The notes below the pieces were generated by a model. That model ran no database searches and was not told the DNA's origin. It saw nothing but the letters and a program-made list of their open reading frames with translations. A stretch of DNA of 64,000 nt from an uncultured bacterium. Lineage in GTDB: Bacteria > Patescibacteriota > Patescibacteriia > UBA9570 > XYC2-FULL-38-9. The position numbers and the translations under genes are program-made. This document shows, one piece after another, positions 1 through 8,969 of the stretch (position 1 is the first letter of the stretch; each line of letters begins with the position of its first letter). The stretch is taken from positions 64,001-128,000 of the forward strand of contig CALKUP010000006.1 of the NCBI GenBank assembly GCA_937996685.1, in the 5' to 3' direction.

Positions 1-1889
1 GTGTATGTCACAGTGTAGGTTCCTGGCGCTGCGGTATCCACTGGATTTGTCGTTGAGACAGCAACGCTTGCATCACACGCGTCTGAGGCTGTTGCTCCTA
101 GATCAGTATATGTTTGCCCTTGCGTCACAGATACATTTCCAGCGCTCACTTGCGTAATCGTTGGCGCAGTCGTATCCACAACACTCACTGTTCGTGTATT
201 GGAGCCTTGGTTTCCATCATAGTCAAGCGTACTGAGATACAGAATTGGATAGCTCCCAATGACACTCGCATTCACTGTCCCGCTACTCAAACCTGCAATT
301 AAACCTGTTCGAAAATTATCCGTTGCTGTCGCTCCTGCGTCTGACCAACTGCCAATGCCACATTGCACTGTGTCTGTTCCACTGGTGATCGCGACAGTTG
401 GGATTGTTTGATCTGACTCAAATGCACCAATGTCACACAAACCATTTTGTGGGCGAGATAACCCACGTGCATCTGTCGTTAGCGGATTTCCAGCAATGTC
501 TGTGCAATCAACTTCTGGGACAATGTCACGCGTGTTACTTGTCCATAAACGAGCTGTCTGCACAGGCCCTCCATTATTTTCTAATGAGACTGTAAAAAAG
601 AGTGAATGTGATCCAGAGGTTGTGTTGTCATGTGTTTGCGTAAAAATACCAGTGCAGTCAGTTGTTGTTGCGAGATAATTATAATCAGCAGACGCGAGAC
701 CCGCACTCGCAGAACAATCATTCGCGGTTGAGCCTGTTGGCGTATCTGGATATTGATAATTTTCCGCAAAGAGCGACCCCTTCACAACCACGTCAGCACT
801 TCCGCCTGCAACAAATAATCCACCACCATTTCCCCCACCACTGCGATTATTATTAGCGTTATTTTGCAAAATTGTACTAAAGGAAATATCGAGATGTGCA
901 TCGCCATTATTCTCCACAAAAATAGCACCACCGTTGTCAGCAGCTGTGTTATCCATAAAGGTTGTATTCACAACAACAGTTGGTGCATCAATATATAATG
1001 CTCCGCCGCCTAAACCAAAACCACCCAAAGAAGCGTTGTTGTTCGAAAAGGTACTATCGCGAATCACCATCTGGCCAGCCGGAATGATTGTGCTTTCAGT
1101 GGTATAAATTGCTCCGCCGATTGTTGCTGAGTTATTTGTAAAAGAAGAGTCCTCAATCAAAATCTCATTCGATTGTATTGAAGCGATAATCGCTCCGCCA
1201 CCTCCACTTGCAGTGTTGTTTGAAAACGCTGATTGAGAAATGGTCAAATTACACAAATTCGCATTCATCGCACCACCGAACTCACCTGCAGTTGTTGTGT
1301 TTCCGGAAATCGTGGAATTTGTAATCACTAATGTATTGTTCTCACAACGAATACCACCGCCAAATGACGAGCCGGTCATTGCATTATTTGAAACCGTCAC
1401 ATGATCGAGTGTTGTTGTTCCAAGCGCTAGAATGCCTGCACCGTCACCAGTTGTTGTGCCATTTGTGAGCGTGAGTTGACTGATTACAGCCGTTGTTCCT
1501 GCCAGCGTCTCCATCACACGATCAATGTGGTTCGCATCAATAATTGTCTCGTCTACTCCAGCACCAGTGAGCGTTAACGTGCCGCTTGTGTCTGTAATAT
1601 CTAAATCGCCAGTCGCTGCAGCGTTTTCAGCTGTTCCGGAAACACTGAGAGTGTACGTTCCAGCTGGAACAATGATTGTGTCTGAACCACTACTTGCATT
1701 TGCAGATCGAATCGCTTCACGCAATGAACAATCCGTTGCACTGCCAGTGACGCAGGATGGCGAAACATCTGCTTCATCGTTTTCGATGGTCACCGTGTAA
1801 CTCGCCGCGTATGCGCTTGTTGGCATCAAGAAACAGAACAAAGCGAAAAAAGAAACAACTATTTTTTTGATTGTGTGTTGTGCATGCAT
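1..1889 (-). CDS. Secreted surface protein: signal peptide, CSLREA motif, beta-helix repeats, choice-of-anchor Q-like motif, DUF5011 Ig-like domains (3' end runs off the window)
   Basis: Absent from the ORF track because it has no stop in the window. Manual translation of the ends from ATG 1889: MHAQHTIKKIVVSFFALFCFLMPTSAYAASYTVT...DCSLREAIRSANASSGSDTIIVPAGTY...DARGLSRPQNGLCDIGAFE...GQTYTDLGATASDACD...VDTAAPGTYTVTY; both ends are in the same frame. Confidence 0.9.
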   Translation of the reverse strand, partial: MHAQHTIKKIVVSFFALFCFLMPTSAYAASYTVTIENDEADVSPSCVTGSATDCSLREAIRSANASSGSDTIIVPAGTYTLSVSGTAENAAATGDLDITDTSGTLTLTGAGVDETIIDANHIDRVMETLAGTTAVISQLTLTNGTTTGDGAGILALGTTTLDHVTVSNNAMTGSSFGGGIRCENNTLVITNSTISGNTTTAGEFGGAMNANLCNLTISQSAFSNNTASGGGGAIIASIQSNEILIEDSSFTNNSATIGGAIYTTESTIIPAGQMVIRDSTFSNNNASLGGFGLGGGALYIDAPTVVVNTTFMDNTAADNGGAIFVENNGDAHLDISFSTILQNNANNNRSGGGNGGGLFVAGGSADVVVKGSLFAENYQYPDTPTGSTANDCSASAGLASADYNYLATTTDCTGIFTQTHDNTTSGSHSLFFTVSLENNGGPVQTARLWTSNTRDIVPEVDCTDIAGNPLTTDARGLSRPQNGLCDIGAFESDQTIPTVAITSGTDTVQCGIGSWSDAGATATDNFRTGLIAGLSSGTVNASVIGSYPILYLSTLDYDGNQGSNTRTVSVVDTTAPTITQVSAGNVSVTQGQTYTDLGATASDACDASVAVSTTNPVDTAAPGTYTVTY

Positions 1890-1951
1890 GAAGCAATGTT
1901 AACACGAGCGGAATTAATTCACCAAATACTATTTGAATCAAGTCACGCTCT

Positions 1952-2773
1952 TTACACCGTAATAAACGAACGCATCCCGACACTCCCCATTTCAATCTCC
2001 GTATTAAAATAGGACAACTGTTCATCTGGTTCAAGCAGCGCCATTGCCGCAACCATTGGCCGGTAATGATCATCTGTTGGAACTGCTAATTGCGTAATCG
2101 CTCCAAACTGCTGCGGGCGTGTAATCACATTCATATTTTGGTCAGTCATCGCATCTGTCAGGCGCGCATCAAATTCTTGCGCCCAATCGAACGGCTGTCC
2201 GTTTTCCCAATCAATCGCACCGAGGTTGTGAACAATATTTCCGCTCCCAATAAAAATCACGCCACGATTGCGCAAGCTTTTTAATTCCGCGAACATGGTG
2301 AGCAATTGCTCCAGCGACTGATTGATATCAAGACTTATTTGTAACATCGGAATGTCGCGCTCAGGCTTCATGCGCATCATCACAGACCACATCCCATGAT
2401 CAAAACCGCGCGTGCGATCGAGCTCGGCTTCATACGCGAGCAGCGCCTGTTGCAATTGCTGTGCGACAGCTGGATCTCCCGGCGCTTGATATTGCACCGC
2501 AAAAAGCTCCGGCGGAAAACCAAGAAAATCGTGGATCGTATCAGGCCGCTCAACAGATTGAATGAACGTTCCGCGCGACAACCAATGCGCGCTAATCACC
2601 ACAATCGCCTGCGCCTCAGGCAAGCTCGCTCCGATCCGCTCCCATTCAACCGCAAACGGATTGTCTGTAATCGCATTCATCGGATTGCCATGCCCAACAA
2701 ACAACACCGGCATGCGCGCAGACGGCGTGAGCGTGTGTGACAATTGACGCAACGAATCAACAGGATGTTTCAT
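1952..2773 (-). CDS. ygiD: 4,5-DOPA dioxygenase extradiol / LigB-family ring-cleavage dioxygenase
   Basis: MPVLFVGHGNPMNAI, ISAHW, TIHDFLGFPPELF, RGFDHGMW, GSGNIVHNL, PTDDHYRP. Start reassigned to MKHP (2773). Confidence 0.9.
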   Translation of the reverse strand: MKHPVDSLRQLSHTLTPSARMPVLFVGHGNPMNAITDNPFAVEWERIGASLPEAQAIVVISAHWLSRGTFIQSVERPDTIHDFLGFPPELFAVQYQAPGDPAVAQQLQQALLAYEAELDRTRGFDHGMWSVMMRMKPERDIPMLQISLDINQSLEQLLTMFAELKSLRNRGVIFIGSGNIVHNLGAIDWENGQPFDWAQEFDARLTDAMTDQNMNVITRPQQFGAITQLAVPTDDHYRPMVAAMALLEPDEQLSYFNTEIEMGSVGMRSFITV

Positions 2774-2855
2774 TCCTCTATCTAACCAAAGAACTGGACC
2801 GATAGCAAATTGCGGATCTTTGCAAAATATCAAATATCTGATTAGATAGTGGCAT

Positions 2856-3599
2856 ATGGAAAAACCACTCCGAAAACAACCCGACAAAAAATCGTCAACC
2901 GAAAAGCGCGAAGACACGCCGCAAGAACGAGAGCTCAAAATTGTTGTGCCCAGAGCCGCGATTGAACCCTTAATCGCAAGCGCTCCAGCTGCCACGATTG
3001 ATCAATGGTATTTTCCGAAAGACGTCGAACTCTTTCAACGCGTCGCGAGAGAATGTGCTTTAGATCTACCATCTGATGCTGATGTTTCGCAAGCTCGGAT
3101 TCGCAAACAAGTTGAGCCAAACGGCAAAGTGGTGTACACCGCAACATTCAAAGGACAAAAAGATCTTACAACCTTTTCTCGCAGTGAGTTTGAAGTGGTG
3201 ATTTCGCAAGAGACAGCGGAAAGACTGCTGCCACAAGCAACCAATGGTCATTTACAAAAACGCCGACATTTTATTGAAGGCATTGTCGTTATTGACGGAC
3301 AACCTGAAAAACAAAAAGCGGAAATTGATTTACTCCTTCAAGATGCAAAGGGCGATGCAAGTGATTACCCTATCGCCTTTTTTGAAATTGAATGTGATTC
3401 CGATGCCGCGATTGATGCAATTCGAAAAGGAAGGGTAACATTTTCAGAAGAAATCAATGCAGTGCTCCGTGCTGGCAAAGAAGCGTCTGATAACAAGTTG
3501 TTAAGCATGACAACGATCGCAAAAAAAGGTGTTGACAGAGACGGTGCAGCTGACTTGCTCAAAAAAATTACCCCCGAAAGCAAGAAAAAGAAAAAATAA
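2856..3599 (+). CDS. CYTH (triphosphate tunnel metalloenzyme) domain protein
   Basis: ExExK-like ERELK, ARIRK, RSEFEV, KRRH, EID and FFEIE motifs. Confidence 0.75.
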   Translation: MEKPLRKQPDKKSSTEKREDTPQERELKIVVPRAAIEPLIASAPAATIDQWYFPKDVELFQRVARECALDLPSDADVSQARIRKQVEPNGKVVYTATFKGQKDLTTFSRSEFEVVISQETAERLLPQATNGHLQKRRHFIEGIVVIDGQPEKQKAEIDLLLQDAKGDASDYPIAFFEIECDSDAAIDAIRKGRVTFSEEINAVLRAGKEASDNKLLSMTTIAKKGVDRDGAADLLKKITPESKKKKK

Positions 3600-3608
3600 A
3601 TACTGCGC

Positions 3609-3629
3609 GAGTATTATTTTGTTGCAGCT
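3609..3629 (+). repeat. 21-bp direct repeat, copy 1 (GAGTATTATTTTGTTGCAGCT)
   Basis: Identical to 5635-5655; the pair brackets the FG-GAP gene. Confidence 0.9.
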
Positions 3630-3681
3630 CAACAAGAGATGTCATATAATACAGGCATCTTATTTGTAATATAAAAATTTT

Positions 3682-5566
3682 ATGGAGATAAAATATGGAG
3701 CGAGTTTTGCGCTCCTTGGCGCGTTTGCGTTCAATCTTATTGTTCCTCATCAAACCCTTGCTGATACAGTTTGGGATGCGACCAAAAAGAGTGCAGCGAC
3801 GTACACACTTTCTAGTCCATATGCTGGCCCAACAAACGTCAATTTTGTCGGCGATGTAAATGGCGATGGCTTCGATGACGTGGTTGTCACAAGCGCAAAA
3901 AGTGATGACTCAAATGCAACGATTTATAATTATCTTGTATACGGGTCAGCCAACAAAATTTCTGACGGCAAGCTCACAGCAAAAGCGAGTGCCATTTTCA
4001 CAAACTCTCGACCATTAACCGGCGTTTCTCGACCAGTCGGCGGCGACATCAATAATGATGGCTATTCTGACATCATGATCGGAGACGACGATAACGTATA
4101 TATCATCTTCGGAAAAAGCACAAAATTTACCGGCACACAAACAACAAAGACTGCTTCAAGTGCATCAATTTTAAATCCAAATTCATCAGAAGCAGAGGTT
4201 GTTGATGTAAATAACGACAACATTGAAGATTTGATTGTGCCAGGGCGCTTACAAAAGCACAGTGGTTCTTGGGTCTACATCTATCACCAACACCACAACA
4301 GCGCGAGCCGCTGCTCATGACATTGCACAAACAACTCTCTTAGGAGACATCAATAACGATGGTTTCATGGATTGGGGCAAAGTTGTTGAAAAAGGCAACA
4401 CAAACGCAATTGTTCATATCTATAAAGGCTCTGCAAGTTTTTACACAAACAACAGCGCGGTAAAAGCAGCCACAAAAATAACCATTACTCCAAGTACAGT
4501 CGGTGTTGCTGGAGAAAATGCTATCGGTGTATCCATTGCTCCCCTTTCAGATCTAAACAGAGATTCATATGACGACGCAGTCATTCGCGTCATTCATTAC
4601 AAGGTCCAAGGCACAAACGTGAAAGAACTCAAAACAACCAGTCACGTATTGTACAGCGACGGCACAATGCCAAAGACTCGTACGCTTGGATCATTAAAAC
4701 AATTAGATTCTGACTTTTTACGTGGCCTCTATAACGCAGGAGACGTGAATGGCGACTCTGTTTCAGACATTGCATCACGCAATATCCCAGGATCAAGTCT
4801 ACAAGCTGGATCAAGTGTCATGAATGTATTTACTTCAGGGGTAAACAAAACAAAAAATACAGCACACGACATTTTGCAACTCGGCTTTACTCCAGGAAAT
4901 CGAATTGGCGCGTATCAAACTGCGACAGACATTGCTTCAACAGCAAATAAAGCCGGTGACTTGAATAATGACGGATTTGCAGATCTACTATTTTCTGGTG
5001 ATCCTGAGCACAAAAATGCAACCTTTATTGTATATGGCCAGTCGAACTTTACTGGATCAGAAAGTCGCATTGGCTCAGCTGTTGGCTTAAAACGAGATCG
5101 CGTACAAATCACTCGAGAAGATGGCACGATTTTAAAGAAACAAGTATTTTCAACTGGAAAAACCGGACAAAGTCCATATGTTAACCCTTTGAAATATCGT
5201 AATTTTGCACTTGTTGTATCCAGCAACGGAAAACAAGTTGCAACAATTAAAAATACTGGCTCAATCAGTAAAGTAAAAAAATTGGCTTCAAAGGCACAAT
5301 CTTCTGTGCTAGAGATGGAATCATTTAACATCGGAAACACAGCAACTGAAGAAGCTGTTGTTGTCACCCGAACTGGTAATGATGTCACAACGTTTTATCT
5401 CACCATCATGAATGGCGCTATTAAAACAATTGACTCAAAAACTATTTCAACAACAGAAGCATTCGTTGGACTCGTTGTTGATCCAGCGCAAAAAACTGTT
5501 ACTCTGCAAAAAACAGATAGCTCAACAATTAAAGCATATACAATTGTTGGAACAACACTACAATAA
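3682..5566 (+). pseudogene. Secreted FG-GAP/VCBS-repeat protein split by a single-base frameshift (ORFs 3682-4320 and 4235-5566)
   Basis: Signal peptide; GDVNGDGFDD/GDINNDG repeats in both ORFs. Removing one G from GGG at 4243-4245 gives a continuous DLIVPGAYKSTVVLGS. Confidence 0.75.
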
Positions 5567-5588
5567 GAACACTCTTCATTCTTATTCA

Positions 5589-5615
5589 AAAAGCGTCCCA
5601 TATCGGGGCGCTTTT
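5589..5615. terminator. Bidirectional intrinsic terminator
   Basis: AAAAGCGTCCC-ATATC-GGGGCGCTTTT between convergent genes. Confidence 0.7.
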
Positions 5616-5634
5616 GTTATAGGAAGATATTCTT

Positions 5635-5655
5635 GAGTATTATTTTGTTGCAGCT
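5635..5655 (+). repeat. 21-bp direct repeat, copy 2, overlapping the stop codon of the 5640-6170 gene
   Basis: Identical to 3609-3629. Confidence 0.9.
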
Positions 5656-6170
5656 TCAATCCGCTTCACCCGTTCAACGGCTTGTTTTCGGGTCACAAAG
5701 AGATAGACGAATAATGCAATCCCCACCGCCACTGCAACCGCAGAAATAATCATTCGGATATAATATGGCCGCCAATATTCCATTGTTGTGGCTTTTTGTA
5801 ACAACGGTTGCATGTCTTCGGGATTCGCAGAATCAATCACTAAGATGTCGACAGTATCACCAAGTGACAATTCGTTATATGTATTGCCATGCACGACTTG
5901 TGTGATGTTCCCTTCTGTCAGGGCGCCGTTTTGGGTCGTATATGAAACCGCGATATCATATTCCGTTCGCCAGCGATAATGCTCCGCGGAAAGATTGGTC
6001 ACACTCGCTTGTCGGACAGTTCCTTCTGCTTGATATCGCCCAATGAGTCGGTATTCACCAAACTGCAACAAAAACACCGGCCCGCCAATAACTAGGCACG
6101 CCGCGAATAGGCCCACCAAGATATTTCGACCGCGTTGTAATTGTGTGTCGCTGAGTGATTGTTTGTTCAT
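5640..6170 (-). CDS. DUF3592-like two-TM membrane protein
   Basis: TM helix, then Y.I.V.Y...G beta domain with Y..L..GD.V.I, then TM helix. Start at MNKQ. Confidence 0.6.
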   Translation of the reverse strand: MNKQSLSDTQLQRGRNILVGLFAACLVIGGPVFLLQFGEYRLIGRYQAEGTVRQASVTNLSAEHYRWRTEYDIAVSYTTQNGALTEGNITQVVHGNTYNELSLGDTVDILVIDSANPEDMQPLLQKATTMEYWRPYYIRMIISAVAVAVGIALFVYLFVTRKQAVERVKRIEAATK

Positions 6171-6210
6171 GCAGAAAGTATGCCACAATTTCACACAACT
6201 AAACAAGGTG

Positions 6211-7467
6211 TTACTGATTGTTTGATTTTTGCAACACAGAACGGACGGTAAACAATAATGGGAGTTGCGTTAAAATCACACCGAGTAATCCGAAGCGCAA
6301 TGTTTCAGCTGGAAAATAGATATAGCCGAGTGCCAGCGCGATTAAAATAGTCACCCGACCCGCTCCGAGAAAAAATTCACGATCAAGCAAATAGACAAAA
6401 CGATTAACCCCACTCTTTTGGATCTCTTCATCGACGATATCAAAAAAGATTGTGAATAATGTTGAGTAGCGCAGTTCAATGGAAAAGGCACTAAACGCCA
6501 AATACACCAACAACGCCCAGGCAGTGTAACTAAATCCTAGGATCACTGCTCCAATAGTGGTGAGCGCAAACCAAAATGTGAGAATGCGGATATAATATCG
6601 CGGCTGAATGACTCGTCCTAATAAATACATTGCAGCCGTCGACAACACCGCTGTGACAGATTGGACTGAGCCGACGACATTCTCCTGCCCTATCAATAAC
6701 AAGATTAATAAGACCGGAAAATAAGTTGATGCACCTTCAACGAGTCCACTGAGAAATTCAACAAAGCGAACCTTCTGCCACCGCCTATTAGGGGCTTTCA
6801 AAAAAAGACCCTTCATTTTAATTGGGACGTGCACTTCTTCCGCGATCCATAATGTGATTATTCCTGAAACAACCAAACAGCAAGCTCCAATAATGCCGAA
6901 AAAACGATAGGCCACTCCAACATGAACAAACCCACTTCTCTCACCCAAAATAATACACCAACCGATCAACACAGGGAGCGCGGCACTTGTCATTGTTGAG
7001 AGCGCACTATCAAGACTCATGAATTGAAAACGGCGCGCTCCTTGGCTCGCGTGTGATGCGATGGTGTTTCGATTTGCCCAATACAAACCGCCAGCCAAGC
7101 CATTGAGTAAACTAAAAAACATAAAATACCCCACCGATGTCATCCCCTCTCCAAAAAATAAAAATGTTAAGGGCGCAAGAGCCTGAGCAATACAACCGAG
7201 GGTATATAAGGTGCGAATCCGAAAATAGTTGAGCAAAAATCCGTTGAGCGCAAAGGTGGCAATAATCCCAACAGGAAAAGCAACGTTGTATTCAATTAAT
7301 AATAACGGGTCACGCGTCTGCCGCCACACAAAGGTTTCTAAAAATACGAGCAACAATGGCGCCGCTGTGGAATACAACACAAACGACAATAACAAAACAC
7401 GCTGATCTTTTGTCAGCACTTGGAAATAAGACAACTCTTTCCGAAAAAATTGGATGATGTGATTCAT
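6211..7467 (-). CDS. MFS transporter
   Basis: 418 aa, about 12 hydrophobic segments, GLAGGLYWANRN and DREFFLGAGRV motifs. Confidence 0.75.
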   Translation of the reverse strand: MNHIIQFFRKELSYFQVLTKDQRVLLLSFVLYSTAAPLLLVFLETFVWRQTRDPLLLIEYNVAFPVGIIATFALNGFLLNYFRIRTLYTLGCIAQALAPLTFLFFGEGMTSVGYFMFFSLLNGLAGGLYWANRNTIASHASQGARRFQFMSLDSALSTMTSAALPVLIGWCIILGERSGFVHVGVAYRFFGIIGACCLVVSGIITLWIAEEVHVPIKMKGLFLKAPNRRWQKVRFVEFLSGLVEGASTYFPVLLILLLIGQENVVGSVQSVTAVLSTAAMYLLGRVIQPRYYIRILTFWFALTTIGAVILGFSYTAWALLVYLAFSAFSIELRYSTLFTIFFDIVDEEIQKSGVNRFVYLLDREFFLGAGRVTILIALALGYIYFPAETLRFGLLGVILTQLPLLFTVRSVLQKSNNQ

Positions 7468-7507
7468 GCAAGCCTGCCTATTTTTTCACTAGATTATATA
7501 TTACTTT

Positions 7508-7933
7508 TTACCACTTCGCAGCAAATTCCACTGTCCATTCAATACCGAACTTGTCTCTGAACATACCGAAATATGTTCCCCATGGACTTCCTCCCATTGG
7601 CATTTCAACTGCGCCGCCAACGGACAATCCATTGAAGATTTTTTCAGCTTCTTCTTTGCTTTCTGCACGAACAGATATTTTGGATCTGTTTTCGTTTTCA
7701 TTCACTCGCCCCATCGCTTCCGGGATGTCGTTCGCGATTAACACGTTCGCGCCAATAGACAACGCAATGCGCATGATTTTATTCTCCTCTTTTTCTGGAA
7801 CTGGAAACTCAGCGCTTGATAAATCTTTGAAACGCACAAGCTCCACAAACTCTCCCCCAAATACTGATTTGTAAAATGTGAATGCTTCTTCGGCGTTTCC
7901 GTTAAAGTTGATCCATGGATTGATTGTTGTCAT
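7508..7933 (-). CDS. VOC/glyoxalase family protein (PhnB-like)
   Basis: NPWINFNGNAEEAFTFYKSVFGG; WGTYFGMFRDKFGIEW. Confidence 0.9.
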   Translation of the reverse strand: MTTINPWINFNGNAEEAFTFYKSVFGGEFVELVRFKDLSSAEFPVPEKEENKIMRIALSIGANVLIANDIPEAMGRVNENENRSKISVRAESKEEAEKIFNGLSVGGAVEMPMGGSPWGTYFGMFRDKFGIEWTVEFAAKW

Positions 7934-8070
7934 ATGTACTGCTGTTTATCTTTCGTTATGTTGTTATGCGTATATGGTAACAGGTTATTTGGGTGTGTGG
8001 CAACGATAACTGTTTGAATTGACTTATTTTAAGATGTTGATGGAAGAGAAAAAATTTTGATTTTAGTTTC

Positions 8071-8964
8071 TTAATCAATTTCACCATTTTCTCTCAAAAC
8101 GCGAATCGCATTAAATCTTCTACCCTCATCCACTTTATCCTTAACAATCTCGCGGAGTGCAATAATGGTTTGATTATATGCCAATTCCAACCCCTTATTT
8201 ACAACTTGCATCCATTGATCAAAATCAAATTGCTCAGCTTCAAGCAGTTTTTTGATTATGTCACCAAAATCACGCGGACTAAAACACGAATCCAGAAAAT
8301 GTGTTTCCAAAAATTGCTCGATGTCATCACCAGTACTGATTTTCTTAAGCCATGCAAGGGCAACCTTCTGATTCATGGGCAGATACGAAATTTGCGTTTT
8401 TTCCAACCAGTCGAAATATTCTACAATTTTAGCCTCAATATCTTGCTCAATATAGCCTTTGGCGTGTGCAATTTTGTCATTACGATATGTAATAATCGAC
8501 TTCTTAATACTACGTGCATCAATTTTTGTTAGACCTACAATCTTCAATAAATCGATAATTTCAGTTTCGCCCAAAAAAGCGATGGCATGCGGTGATTCAG
8601 GCGCTAAAATACCCTCTGCCCCATTACGGGGGTTTTTAATAGTTAATGCCAACTCATATTTATCTTTCTCCTCTCTGTAAATTCGCAAAATTTTATACTG
8701 TATGGCGAGCATAAAAAGGAGATGAAATGGCATTACCGCAAAAGGATTCGGTTCAGCTTCGTCTTTATTAAGAGAAGAAAATGCTTCCCATAGGTGATTT
8801 ATATAATCATTTTCCGTAGTGTCTCGACGAATGGGTAGATAGTCAAAAATCTCAGCTCCGATTACTGAATACGAGACATCCTTTCTATTATCCTCTATAG
8901 CAGACTCTCGTATTTGTTCAAGATAATCTTGATGTTTGTAAAAATATTCATCATCTTCTGACAT
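8071..8964 (-). CDS. Putative HEPN-domain protein, last gene of the type I RM operon
   Basis: Helical protein with Rx5H motif RNDKIAH (8464-8484); starts 5 nt after the hsdM-S stop. Confidence 0.55.
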   Translation of the reverse strand: MSEDDEYFYKHQDYLEQIRESAIEDNRKDVSYSVIGAEIFDYLPIRRDTTENDYINHLWEAFSSLNKDEAEPNPFAVMPFHLLFMLAIQYKILRIYREEKDKYELALTIKNPRNGAEGILAPESPHAIAFLGETEIIDLLKIVGLTKIDARSIKKSIITYRNDKIAHAKGYIEQDIEAKIVEYFDWLEKTQISYLPMNQKVALAWLKKISTGDDIEQFLETHFLDSCFSPRDFGDIIKKLLEAEQFDFDQWMQVVNKGLELAYNQTIIALREIVKDKVDEGRRFNAIRVLRENGEID

Positions 8965-8969
8965 AGTAG

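Noticed and set aside
2774-2995. N-terminal extension of the ygiD ORF in the ORF track
   Set aside because: It overlaps the divergent CYTH gene, and family similarity begins after MKHP
3602-3629. dif/Xer site reading of the direct repeat
   Set aside because: Only loose resemblance; no TTATGTTAAAT-like XerD arm or proper 11-6-11 symmetry
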